Positions 13,831-25,130 of a DNA stretch of 64,000 nucleotides are shown piece after piece. Every line of letters starts with the position of its first letter. Positions within the stretch are counted from its first letter, which is position 1. The DNA comes from Rhina ancylostomus (taxonomy: Eukaryota). Under the pieces are notes generated by a model. The model was not told the origin of the DNA and made no database searches. It saw only the letters and a list, made by a program, of their open reading frames with translations. A program made the position numbers and the translations under genes. The stretch lies in assembly GCA_030265395.1 (NCBI GenBank), contig JARFYF010000055.1:17411021-17475020 (forward strand), written 5' to 3'.

Positions 13831-14391
13831 CATATCCGTCAATGAAGTTTGCATTGTTCAGCTTGCTGAAGCCCAATTCTTTAGGAAGACATGCTTTGTT
13901 TCTACAAGGATTTCTTTTAGGTAATGCAATCTACAAGTATGTTTAAATACATGTAATGGTTTATAACCGGAGTTAAATGATAGAATTCAGGTCAATGATT
14001 AAGGTAACATTGGGCAAAATACTATTAGAATGAATAATACATGCACATTTTATAGCTGAACATCTGACATTATCCTGACCCCATGCTCTGCCATTAAAAT
14101 GCTGATGTAACTAATCTTCTTAACAGTACACATTATTAAGAATGGTCCTGATTTTAAAGAAAACACATCTTCCAGATAAAAACTGAAAAAGTAATTCTTT
14201 CCTTAATAAACCAATAATATACAGTGCTGAAATTCCTAGTAGTAAAATCAATTTGATTCATGTCCATAGTTCTTAGGCACATTCACATTAAATAATTTAC
14301 ATACTCGGCTAGCTCTGGTGTTAAATAATAGTTATAATAAATTCTCTTTGAAAGAATCATTAATGAGTGAAAACAAAACAGATTATCTTAC

Positions 14392-14433
14392 CTGAACATC
14401 ATAAAGTGCAACGATGTTTTCATGTTGAAGCTC
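14392..14433 (-). CDS. ULK2: ULK2 internal coding exon, probably coding exon 3
   Basis: The reverse strand reads ...ttcattttag|GAG CTT CAA CAT GAA AAC ATC GTT GCA CTT TAT GAT GTT CAG|gtaaga. This is 42 bp, translates to ELQHENIVALYDVQ, and continues the previous exon in frame. The Q and V residues match ULK2 rather than ULK1 (ELKHENIVALYDFQ). The intron between the two exons is 14434-16069. Confidence 0.96.
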
Positions 14434-15596
14434 CTAAAATGAAGAGCAAATAATGATCTTTGAAATTGTAAAGCTACATTACTATCAATAAATGTGTCCT
14501 TCAGCTGTTAGAACAGGATATAGTTGGACCTTTCAAGTCCCTCTTTATCTTTCCCCACAACAAAGTTATGTACCAGACATGGCTGAAAACTCTCCATAGC
14601 TACTAGTTACCATGTGCCAAACATTTATAAATAAATCGACAACTAAAACTATGAAAGGCATACAAAATATATGAAAGAATTCAAAGCTTTGTTTATACTT
14701 AGAATTGCATCCCACAACTTTGGGGAAATAAGGCCAAAAAAGATGGATTACAGTCAAAAATTAGGATGAAAAGTTAGATTAATGGCAATTATTACTCGCA
14801 ATTTTTAAAAGAACACACTCAAACTACAGAAGTGGCTGAACATGAAGAATGTTTATACTTAAGTGTCCAGTAATTTCAGCTCTGCAAACATTCTACCAGG
14901 ACTGCAAAGAAAAGTGGTAGTGGCGGCAATGGAAAAACAGTAATCTGGCCTCCACAGTGCTACTGAATTTAGCTGTTCAAACCATTTTCTTGGCATCATA
15001 CTGATCACTCAATGGACTTTATCAGTTATGGTGAATATTACTTATCAGCTACTTGTGCAACTTTTAAAATCTAATTCATATGGAATCAAAATCTTGGTGG
15101 GTGCCAATAAAACACTGGCATTGATGTTGCAAAAAGGCAACATTCACTAACCTTTAAAAATGACAGCGAGAAAGATTACACACCAAGTAGACATTTGTAC
15201 CTTTACTTTCAGTGTAATTATTGCTCCATTTATTGCTGTTTACAGTGGTGGATTTGCCAAGGAATTATAAAAGCATCCAAAGGATTGTTTGAGAATTGAT
15301 TAAATGGGATCCCTGCATATAGCATAAACAATGGAATGGGGAACTGAAAGGAAACCAACCATAAGCCATACTGGTTTCAAGTATGAACTTTTACAGTACT
15401 GAATTTAACTACCTTCAAATGCCAGTAATAGCTAAGCAAAAAATGAAACTGGGCAATAAACACAGTATTGCTCACGCACTTGGACAATAAAATCACATGC
15501 CCAACATTACTCAAAACCAACAAAATCGGTCGCAGACTCTTGACACTTGAATCTAAATGTCAGAGTGGACATTCAAATTTAACTGTTGGCAGTTAA

Positions 15597-15896
15597 GGGT
15601 GGCACAGTGGTGCAACAGGTAATGCTACTGCCCCATTGCCTCCAGGAACCCAGGCTCAATCCTGACCTCAGGTGCTGTGTGGAGTCTGCACGTCTTACCT
15701 GGGAGCATATCGGTTTCCCCAGGTGCTCTGGTTTCCTCCCACATGCTAAAGATGCAGTCGCTGATAGATTAATTGACTATTGTAAATTGCTACACGTGCA
15801 GATAAGAGAAATAAAAATGGATTAATGTATATGGGTGCTTGCTGGCCAGGAAGGGCACAGAGGGACAAAGGGCCTGTTTTCATGTTGTATGACTAT
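15597..15896 (+). mobile_element. tRNA-derived V-SINE (HE1-like) with a CR1-type tail, in the intron between the two ULK2 exons
   Basis: It has an A-box-like 'ggtggcacagtggtgc', a B-box-like 'ggctcaatcc', a V-domain 'ggtttccccaggtgctctggtttcctcccacatgctaaaga' and a tail 'aagggcctgttttcatgttgtatgact' shared with CR1 3' ends. Confidence 0.85.
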
Positions 15897-16066
15897 GGTC
15901 TGCAAATCAGGATCCAAACTTGACAGTGTTATCACTGCTTAGTTTTAGTACGATGGGATGGACAAACAACTTGAGTGTTCACATTTAGAGAAACCCAAAA
16001 TTCAAGTATTGATTGCATTTTATCATCTTTACTATCTGTTGACAAGTCAAACACAAGAAGAAATCA

Positions 16067-16162
<96 letters not shown>

Positions 16163-16178
16163 CTAAAGGAAGATAAAC

Positions 16179-16278
16179 NNNNNNNNNNNNNNNNNNNNNN
16201 NNNNNNNNNNNNNNNNNNNNNNNNNNNNNNNNNNNNNNNNNNNNNNNNNNNNNNNNNNNNNNNNNNNNNNNNNNNNNN
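16179..16278. other. 100-N assembly gap, 16 bp upstream of the ULK2 exon at 16070-16162
   Basis: Exactly 100 N, as at 26275-26374 and 30362-30461, which suggests placeholder gaps of unknown size. Confidence 0.9.
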
Positions 16279-16529
16279 ATTACCCCTGGTGTAACGTTGC
16301 TAAAGGAAGTCAGCAAGTCAGATCCACAAGCACGGGATAAGGATTGGCTCTAGGGGATGGGTCAGTGGCGCTGGGGTGAGAAATGGAGCTGGTCAAATGC
16401 TGTGGCTGGATGAGCCATCATTCCCCCCCCCCCACAACTCCCCCCACCCAGAGGGGCAGTGCAGTGGTGACTCCGGACTTGGAAAGCCTTTTCAGAGGGT
16501 TGGTAGACGTGGAGGCACAAACAGGCCAA

Positions 16530-16738
16530 ACCTGAACATGGCAGATTTCCTCACCTCATGGACAGTAATGAAATGGCTACAACTTTGTTCACCATTACTA
16601 AAACAGGATTTCTCTTTCCAAATGTATTAAATTAATTGAGTATAATTCTCCATCTGCTCTAGTGGGAGTGAAATTTTCATCTCTGGATTAATAACCCAGG
16701 GCCCTGGATACTGGTCCAATAAATTAACCACTATGACA
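16530..16738 (-). mobile_element. Ancient tRNA-derived SINE relic, probably with a Meta-type core
   Basis: The sequence 'ggcagatttcct...ggacagtaatgaa...caccattact...ccctggatactggtcca...ttaaccacta' resembles the antisense of a tRNA head plus the 'ttcactaatgtcc...aggaaatctgcc' core. Confidence 0.5.
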
Positions 16739-17487
16739 GCACAGCAGTGAATGAGGAGGATGTTGGTTTCCAGCATTTGGGAATTTCAATGGTTTATTCA
16801 ACAATGATTCTGGAAATGCCCAAGGCTTCATTAAACCTCATTGGTTCTGGGATTTCAAAACGTATCTTCAGCCTCAAGTGAAACTGACAAGTCAGGTCTT
16901 GCATCAGTTCTGGAAATGGGAGTTTGCTGCGCCCAAGTACCTCAGTGCCCTGACATTCTGTGAAGCCAACAGGCAGAGAGTTAAAACAACTTTTGGATGA
17001 ACATGCAATTGTGAGCTATTTGGTTGGCAGGGGTAGCATTCGTTCAAGGTGGTTCATCCCCTCAGGTAACCAAAAGCACAAAAGTTGGAAGAGTTTAGAC
17101 AGTAATATGGTCAAGCTAATAAAGTAATTAGGAGATATTAAGAGAGAACCAAGCATTCAAAAGGTAAAATAACCTTAACAATAAAAAGATAAAAAGAATT
17201 TAAAAAGACTGGATGTATTTTCCTTGATTTGGATTCCTAATTCTGTTGTCACTTTTGAGGATGTTTCTTTCACTGTAATATATTAGTGTATATGTACTTA
17301 GTAACCAAGGAAAATTGTGGTATATAACTTTGGGTGAAATTCTCCACGAGAGCACTCATGTTTATGGTGTTTCAATAAATGTAAGAAGAAAGCAGACCAA
17401 TACCTATCATCCTAGTTGCATTGCTGAGGCTGAGCATCAAACGTGTCCTGAATTTCTTGAGAAAACAGACATCAGGTTCACTGAATA

Positions 17488-18538
17488 ATTGGCTTGGAGG
17501 AAGGCGGTAGTGAAGGGTTGTTATTCAAACGGTGGCCTGTGATCAGTGGTGTGACATAGGGATCGATGCTGGATCTATTGTTGTTTGTCATCTATCCTAA
17601 TGATCCGGATGACAGTGTTGTGAACATGGTTGGTAAGTTTGCAGATGACACCAAAATTGGCAGTGTAGTGGACAGTGCAAAAGATTATCTAAGATTACAA
17701 CAGGATCTACTGGGGATGTGGGCCAAGGAATGGCAGATGGAATTGAACTTGGACAAGTGCAAGGTGTTGCATTTTGGTCAGTTAAACTAGGGCAGGAGTT
17801 GCACAGTAAATGGTAGGACCCAGAGAAAGACCCAGGGGTTAGGGTACATAGATCCCTGAAAGTGGCGACATAGTAAGCAGGGTTGTGAAGATGATGTTTG
17901 GCATGTTTGCCTTCATCAGTCCGTGCATTGAGCACAGGAGCTGAAAAATCATGTTGCAACTGTACAAGTTATTAGTGAGACCACACTTGGAATATGATGT
18001 GTTGTTCTGGTCACCCAGCTATGGGAAGGATGTCATTAAGCTGACAAGGGTGCAAAAACGATTCACGAGGATGCTGCTGGGACTGGAGAGCTTGGATAAT
18101 AAGGAGAGGCTGGATAGGCTGGGACTCTTTCCCTGGAGCGTAAGAGGCTGAGGGGTGACCTTATAGAGGTATATAAAATCACAAAGAGCATAGATAAGGT
18201 GGATGATCATAATCTTTTTCCCAGGGTAGGTTGATTCAAGAACCAGAGGACATAGATTTAAGGTGAGAGGGGAAAGATTTAAAAGGGACCTGAGGGGAAA
18301 CTTTTTCACACTGAGGGTGGATGGTAAATGGATCGAACTGCCAGAGGAAGCTCTAGAGGCGGGTACAATTACAATGTTTAAAAGATATTTGGACAAGTAT
18401 ATGGATAGGAAATATTTAGAGGAATATGGGCCCACACGTATGCAAATAGTAATAGCTTGGATAGACATCTTGGTCAGCATGGACAAGTTGGACTGAAGGG
18501 CCTGTTTCTGTGTGGTCCAAAGGCTCTCAGACTCTATG
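17488..18538 (+). mobile_element. CR1 (HER1-like) LINE, 5'-truncated RT and C-terminus, with stops and frameshifts
   Basis: Translates to LLFVIY.ND.D..V.KFADDTKIG.VVDS...WAKEWQME.NLDKCKVLHFG, MLQLYK.LVRPHLEY.V.FWSP.Y.KDVIKL.RVQKRFTRML and RGERFKRDLRGNFFT.RV (ORFs 17566-17790, 17951-18151, 18263-18496). The 3' tail is 'ggactgaagggcctgtttctgtg'. Confidence 0.93.
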
Positions 18539-18544
18539 ATGGGT

Positions 18545-19040
18545 AACATCAAGCACTCTCTGGAAGTCTAGAATGAAATCCTTTCTGTTGAAGGGATTTT
18601 CACATGAGGAGAGAATTAACAGTACCTGTTATTTGTAATGGAAACCAGCTCTGAGAAAGCAGCTGACATCTCTGTCGCCCTGTCCTTCTCTCCACTTTGC
18701 TGCATCCATTTGGGAATGAATAAACTCAATGATGTGCCTAACAGGGCATCTGTGACATGTTCAATGCAGTGCAGAGCTATTGACTGACTAATGTCACCAG
18801 AGGCTGTCCAGAAAGCATCATTAGACATAACAGCTTTGTGCTGTTGTCACCTTCACAAAGCTGGACACAGGAGAATCCTTGGTGAGGTGGTTTTGAGTCA
18901 GCTTTCAACAGATGGCACAGTTCCATCATGGTGTCAGCAGAAAACTCCAAGTGGAATCTCTGTGGTCCATGGATAATCATCATTTGCCAGTTATCTGTCT
19001 GGCATGATTCCAAGCTCTCTATCGTGTCCTCCTCATGTCC
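18545..19040 (-). mobile_element. PIF/Harbinger transposase relic (HARBI1-like N-terminal half)
   Basis: The reverse strand gives LEFSADTMMELCHLLKAD, then ASGDISQS.ALHCIEHVTDAL, then a frameshifted NRK(G)FHS. These match the Harbinger motifs ELC.LL..DL, GISQS.V..CI..VTDAL and NRKGFHS. Confidence 0.75.
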
Positions 19041-19221
19041 TCAGTCTTTTCCTCCATAAACCACAGAATACTGGAACCCCAGAGAAAACATTTAAATAAA
19101 GTTTTTTTTAATCTAATCAAATTACCTTTGTATGCTCAAAAACTGAAGCTTTGGAGCTGTGGACCAGACTCCCAGCTGAAGCTGTGATGAAAAGTATTAG
19201 TCCCAAATGTTTTCTATCTCT

Positions 19222-19445
19222 TTTTTTACCCAGAGAGTGGTTGAGGCATGGAATGTGCTGCCTGGGGTGGTGGTGGAGGCAGATACACTGGTCAAATTCA
19301 AGAGATTACTAAATAAGCATAAGGATGAATTTAAAATAGATGGATATGTGGGAGAAAGGGGTTAAATAGTGTTAGATGAGGTTTAAACATCGGCACAACA
19401 TTGTGGGTCGAAGGGCTTGTATTGTGCTGTATTGTTCTATGTTCT
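19222..19445 (+). mobile_element. CR1 LINE 3' end fragment
   Basis: Translates to FFTQRVVEAWNVLPGVVVEADT...FKRLL, followed by the tail 'gtgggtcgaagggcttgtattgtgctgtattgttctatgttct'. Confidence 0.85.
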
Positions 19446-21644
19446 TCCACCCAGAAGTGACCAGATGTACCCATTGCCACATCTCTATGGCAGTGGTGGT
19501 TCTATGAACTCAGAGGCTGAGGATACACATGCTCACTGGAGTTGGAAAGAATGAAAAGTGATGTCATTGAAACTTTGATGATTGACAGGGTGAAAGCTAA
19601 GAGGCTCTTAACTCAGGGAGGTAGGGAGACAGAATCTCAGAATATGGGGTCAACCATTTGGGATCAAGATAAAGAAGAAAGTTCTCAACTCAGAAGTTAG
19701 TAAATCTATGAAATTCACACTCTGCAGTGCTGTGGATATTCAGCTGTGGAGACTGAAATTGATAGATTGTTTGAATCTGAAGGATTTAAACAATGGAGAT
19801 CTGGCTTAAGTATAGGATCAGCCACTGGTTACATGTGAAATGCAGAGAACTTACAGGAGCCACTTGCTTCCGCACTCCTGCTTCATTTAAATGTGCTTCC
19901 TGTGTCACAGTGAGTCATGGGAGGGAGATCAGGGAGCCATTTTTAGAATCAGAGGTTCTCTCCTCTTCCATTTTGTTTGCCACAACGTCTTCAGAAGTTA
20001 CAAAAATTGTGGGAATTTTGTAAGGAAAGACCAGGTCAATGTCTCTTGAAGTCAAATTACTTCTTCAGTGTCTGAATGAAAATTTAAATAGTTTCAGCAG
20101 CTAGACTAATAGCTATTAATTTCTGCCTCTAGTACCATGTTATTTGCATAAACTTACATTTGGCACAGCTGTGCTTCATTGCACCAGCTGTGTAATATCC
20201 AATGCTCCTGTCTGTCTAAATGAACCCTTCAGCGAAATCTGAAACAATCTCCAAATTACTTACTTCTGCTGTTTAATTAGTTTGAGAATTTTGCACCAGG
20301 AAAGTTTACAAAGGTTAACAAATTATTCATTTTAAAGTTATTGTTGCAAGCATGGTGTGTGTATGTTATGTTTCTGAATAAGTACTTACTGACTTAATGG
20401 GAAAGCTGTATATATTAAACAGTTCTTGCAAATTCTTACTAGCTTATCAGGAGGACAGAGGTGTGGTTTGTGGTACATCTGATCATCCTGTGGGGAAGGA
20501 CCCTCAAACCTAATGTGATGCAAAGCTATACTGAGGAATGTAACATCAAGATAACCAGTTTTAATTTCTTGTTGGAAATAAAAGGTAATGAAACAATTAA
20601 GAAAATCTCACCTCATTTCTAAACTGTGAAGCAGGATAGATATTGTAATTTTTGGAACAATATACTATAGGATAATGTGAAGGTGTTAATGTTTCTTGCT
20701 TTCACAGACTGTAGTCTGAGAAACTGAAGTTGCCATCGTTACTAAATTACATCCCAACAATGCAGTCTGCAGGATACAAAATCTGCAGAAGACTGAGGTG
20801 CCAGTGATAAAAAAAAGACAGTCACTTCGGTGTATATCAGTAAGAGATTAAAGAAAGATGAATTGGAGACTAGGGTGAGTAACAATCCATGGATCCCCAA
20901 GATAAGAAGTCCATTCACTTCAATAATTATCACCAAGCAGAATTGAGGTGGCCAACTTGTCCCTTGAAGCATTACCAAGGATAGGTACTGCATGGGTTCC
21001 TTAACCCTTGCCAGATGTTGCTCCGAAATATAAACTGGGTGCATCTATATATTTTTTCTATTGCTCTTTTACAGACAGCACACAATAAGCTGTGAGTGAG
21101 AGTGAGGAGTTTGGAATTTCAGGCACAACTGGCCTGCAGCAGGATGCTGGTTGCCCAGTGGATGATTGTCATAATAGACTGCTTCACTCTTCTCTCTTTT
21201 GGGACAGGCTAAGCTTTAGGCAAATATCAGGGCTACCCATGCAAAAAAATATATACTTCTTGGACTCTCCCTTGAGAACATGCACTTGCTGACTGGTATG
21301 CTGCTTACTCACTAGATTTAGATTCAAAGCACCTTTCCTAATTTATGTACTGCCCAGTGGCAAGTTTGCATGCTAACTCCCAGCCACATTGCCTCAACCA
21401 GCAGCAATGGGTTTCTGTGCTGCATAACTCAATGACTCTGATTCTATAATGGCTAACATCAAGCACAAGTCTGGAATGAAATCCTTTCTGTTGAAGGGAT
21501 TTTCACATGAGGTGAACTGTCTTATGGTTGTATTATTATTTTAGACCTACCCAGTCTCAGCCAAGAAGTGAAAAACTAATTCAGTCTTCAAAAAGCTTTT
21601 GAACTGAAACACCACAGGGAAGAGCTTTGTTTTTTCTTCATTTG

Positions 21645-21805
21645 CCTTTTTTTTTATTCATGCCTATGGCTGGCAAAGCCAGCAATTATTGCCCATTCTT
21701 AATAACCCTTGAACTAGTGCTGGCTGGGCTGTTTCAGAGGGCAATTAAGAGTCAACCACATTGCTCTAGATCCGGGAGGTAATATCGACCTGACTGGGTA
21801 AGGAG
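21645..21805 (-). mobile_element. SINE 3' part (Meta-type core plus LINE-derived tail)
   Basis: Reads 'gctggcaaagccagcaattattgccc...cccttgaact...tttcagagggcaattaagagtcaaccacattgc'. The tail is the reverse complement of the LINE tail at 48450-48505. Confidence 0.6.
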
Positions 21806-21887
21806 CAAGTGCCTGCTGCCTGAAATGCTGCTTAATTATTGCATTTAGATTAAAGGCACTCTCTGCAATTTAAAGGACATTAGAAAA

Positions 21888-22130
21888 CAGGCTGTTCCCA
21901 GGGATGCACACTGCTGATGGAATATTATCTATGGTGAAAGAAGCACTTTGGTTTGCCTGAGGTTTGTTGTCTTCCAGCATATGGAGATAGCCACAACCAA
22001 ATGCTGCTGATTGGCACATTCCAAGGGACTGAGGTATCTGCTGAGGGATGCACTGAAGGTTAGTGCTGTGACCACAAAGGCTTTGTAGGGAAGGATAGGA
22101 TCCTGCCACTACTGGACACTGAGGGGCTGG
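21888..22130 (+). mobile_element. Tx1/L1-clade LINE ORF2 C-terminal relic, older copy
   Basis: Translates to LFPGMHT...VKEALWFA*.LL.FQH.E.A...CC.LAHSK....LLRDALK.S...TKAL*GR, which is collinear with the younger element at 29202-30646. Confidence 0.75.
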
Positions 22131-23239
22131 GCCCACAGCCTCTCATACACTTCACAGGAGCATTAAGGAGGAAACGTGAATGGCATTGACACCTTGTTTA
22201 AAAAAAAGTATTGAATTGATGATACAATGGATGTAGAGAAAGATGTGCCCTGATTGTACTTATACTTTATTCATAATATACACCCATAAATGTAATATTT
22301 TTAAATAAAAGGAAATAGAAAACCAATTTGGCTCTTTAAGAACATTTAAGCAGTTTTATGGTCCTGATACCAGAATTCTGAAATTTATTTCATTAGCTGC
22401 TTTGAGCAGATTTGAACTCCTGTCCTTTTGTCAGCAATCCAGGCTTCTGGATTATTTATCCATTAGCAACTAAGATAATACACCCCTGGGGTGAAATGTG
22501 TCATGTGAGGTCAAATCATGGCTTTAGTAAAAGATGAAATAGGTGAAACCATCAGACATAATGTAATTATTCTGACTCTCAGTTCATATTCCATGCAACC
22601 TGGAGCATACACCACAAGGTTTCAGGCTGAGGCATGGATATTACATTTAATTTTTGCAAAGTCAGCCAGTGTGGTTGAAAATTAAATGAAGTCATTGTGA
22701 TGATTAATGATTTGTGCCCTAACTTGTCAACTTTCACTTGCAACCAATTTGATAACAATCACTCATCCAGTGTTTGCTCCATGACCTCTGACTGACTGCA
22801 GACTCTGCACTGGACTGCTGCAAGGGTTGAATATAATGATCACAGTAAATTAATTATCTAGGAATGAGTCAATTTTCATACCAGCAGCATATTGGAGCAT
22901 AGAAATTTGATCCCAAACAGATCCAGAAAAGATGTTATGTCGTTGAAAATGAGCACAGGAATTTTGTGCAGGTTTCAGGGTGTCATAGTATCTGTCAGGA
23001 AAGTCAATTCCTGATATTTTGCCATGATTTTCGATCACCCTAGCAGTTTTCTTTTTCAGTGAAAATTTCTTCCTGATAAAGTCTACAAGTGCAACAAGCA
23101 AAATTTGTTTGCATTAAAATGTTCAACGTCACCATCTGAAAAAACAACTGTTCTTAATTTACAAACAGAACAGCTGGGTTTTGCTCACTCAGTATCCTAT
23201 AAAATGATTAAGATATTAAGAGTCACCACTTAAACTGGA

Positions 23240-23570
23240 TTCTTTGTCCTCACTGAGAACGATGGCTGCCTGCAACCCCCAATACAGCCTCATGCTTGCA
23301 TTGGAACACTTTTCCATCAAAATCATAATCACTTTCAGCTTCCTGGCCTCAGGATTATTCTAGGCTGCTACATCTCAGTTCACAGCTCCCTGCTGCATGA
23401 GGGAGATCACACCAGCCCCATCCTCCAGGAGAGGAGACTTCATCTACTTTTCCATGGGACCACAGGAGCAAGCAGACTGAGCGCAGGTAATTGCTGTTAA
23501 TACAGATTTCTCCAAAGTACAGGCATTCATGGAGAGCACTCATGTCCTTACAGAGACCTCCCTGGCAAAC
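23240..23570 (+). mobile_element. PIF/Harbinger transposase relic
   Basis: Translates to FLASGLF*AA.SQF...CCMREIT..RRGDFIYFSM...QAD*A...DFSKVQAFMESTHV, matching the Harbinger pattern F.ASGSFQ...SQ....CI.EVT....FI.FP...GFP.VQGAIDCTHV. Confidence 0.75.
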
Positions 23571-23654
23571 TTTTGGTCCTGGACAGCCTCAATAGCCCCA
23601 CGTATCCCCTCACTGGAGGAAAGCAAATGAAGGGTTATTGACTCGGCTTCGCTT

Positions 23655-23730
23655 CACGCAGATGTTGCCTGACCCCACCAGTTTCTGTTTTTGTTTCAGA
23701 TTTTCAGCATCTGCAGTTTTTTATTTGCTT
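23655..23730 (+). mobile_element. Single arm of the palindromic PLE-derived repeat
   Basis: Reads 'cagatgttgcctgacc...tttctgtttttgtttcagattttcagcatctgcagtttt'. Confidence 0.65.
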
Positions 23731-23825
23731 CTATGGCTCTGTGGGTACTGTTATTCATCAGCCTGCCCAGGCTCCTCAACCTCCTAAGAGAACTGTGGGG
23801 CAACTTAATTGTCATCATTTAACTT

Positions 23826-24080
23826 CACACAATAAACAGTCTGCTGGAGGAACTCATTGAGTCAGGTAGCATCTGTGGGGGGGGGGCTGGCATGGTTGTT
23901 GGTGGAGGAGGAGGAAGGAACCATTGACGTTTTGGGCCAAAAACCTGCATCAAGAGCTAACCCTGATAAAGGGTCTCGGCCCAAAATGTTCATTTTGCTC
24001 CATGGATGCTGCCTGACCTGTTGAGTTCCTCCAGCAGATTGTTAGTTGCTCCATATTCCAGCATCTGCCATCTCTTGTGT
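23826..24080. mobile_element. Palindromic non-autonomous PLE-derived element with two opposed degenerate hammerhead-like cores
   Basis: The arm at 23840-23878 is the reverse complement of the arm at 24000-24038 with few mismatches. The cores are 'ctgataa agggtctcggccc aaaatgtt' on + at 23963 and 'ttgatgc aggttttggccc aaaacgtc' on - at about 23926-23953. Confidence 0.8.
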
Positions 24081-24984
24081 CCCCACATTGACGTGGAAAT
24101 GTGCACATGAAACTTGCCAAGTCAATCACTATCCAGCCCAGTTTACTTGTGAAACATCATCAGACATCCAGGCCTGTATTCTTGCTCCTGACTGAGAACA
24201 GAAGTCTGGACACTGAGGGAGGTTGTAGTAAAGGCTCAGTTGTTTTGCTCCCACAACCAGTAACATCCTTTGTTGACATAGTACAAGATAAAAAAAGAGC
24301 CAGAGAGCAGATAAAAATGCAGCAGAGGGGGAAGCAGAGTACTTTTTGAAACAGAGATAAGAAAATTTGTATTTAATGGAAGAAAAAATAAGCAGTTGTG
24401 AGACTAATTATAGGCTGCTGGTAGCCTTGCAGAATTTAAAAGTTTCTTTTCAACTTTGACCTCTTTCAAACTAATTGCAGAATTTCATGTAAAACTTCAC
24501 AAAACCCACTTCCTCTGATGCAAGTCCACAGTGAAATCTGCCAAGTAGATATCAAAAGCACACTCTTATCATCCTGCTCACAATGTGTGCCAGTCCTATG
24601 GCCCAGTTCCAGTAGTCGCTGTTCAGTTGATCCTGTTTTTCTTTCATCCTATTATAATTTGCCAGAGATGAGCTGAGAAGGACTGACATCTTTTGGGCAG
24701 AGCTGCAAGATGATAAGTTCTCAGCATCTGTCTGAAGGAGCCCCTGTTAAGGTCTCAGTGACAACTGAGCTTTGCTCAGTTCAGCCACTCCAGCACTTTT
24801 CAGTTGTTCTCTTTTAAAACTGATGTTATTGTTATGAGAAGGAAAGTGCCTTTGTTCTTTCTATTTTACTACAAAGGGCAAACTGAGAAAACCGTATTCC
24901 TTGTTTTCATCAGTTTACTGTATTTCCCTTGAGATTGTGTTAGTTGTGGATGACCAATGGACTTCGCCCACTCTGCAATTTTTT

Positions 24985-25130
24985 GTGACATGTGTGCCAC
25001 TGTGTGGGTGCATGTGTGCTGGCGTGTGGGCATGCATTGGTGGGGCGCACGTGGATATGGAGGGAATGTGTGTGCTGGTGTGCGAGTGTGGGTGTTTGCA
25101 CATCCACACATTTAACGTGGGTGTGTGCTG
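24985..25130. repeat. Degenerate (TG)n low-complexity tract
   Basis: Interrupted tgtgtg/gtgtgc repeats, which produce the spurious C/V/H/T-rich ORFs at this position. Confidence 0.75.

Noticed and set aside
1-14391. Next ULK2 exons (E.PNSVFLVME, YCNGGDLADYL)
   Set aside because: I scanned the tccat occurrences for an antisense VME plus donor and none fit. The exon is probably left of the window or in a gap.
15597-15670. tRNA genes at the SINE heads
   Set aside because: The A/B boxes are degenerate and continue into the V-domain and a LINE tail, so these are SINEs.
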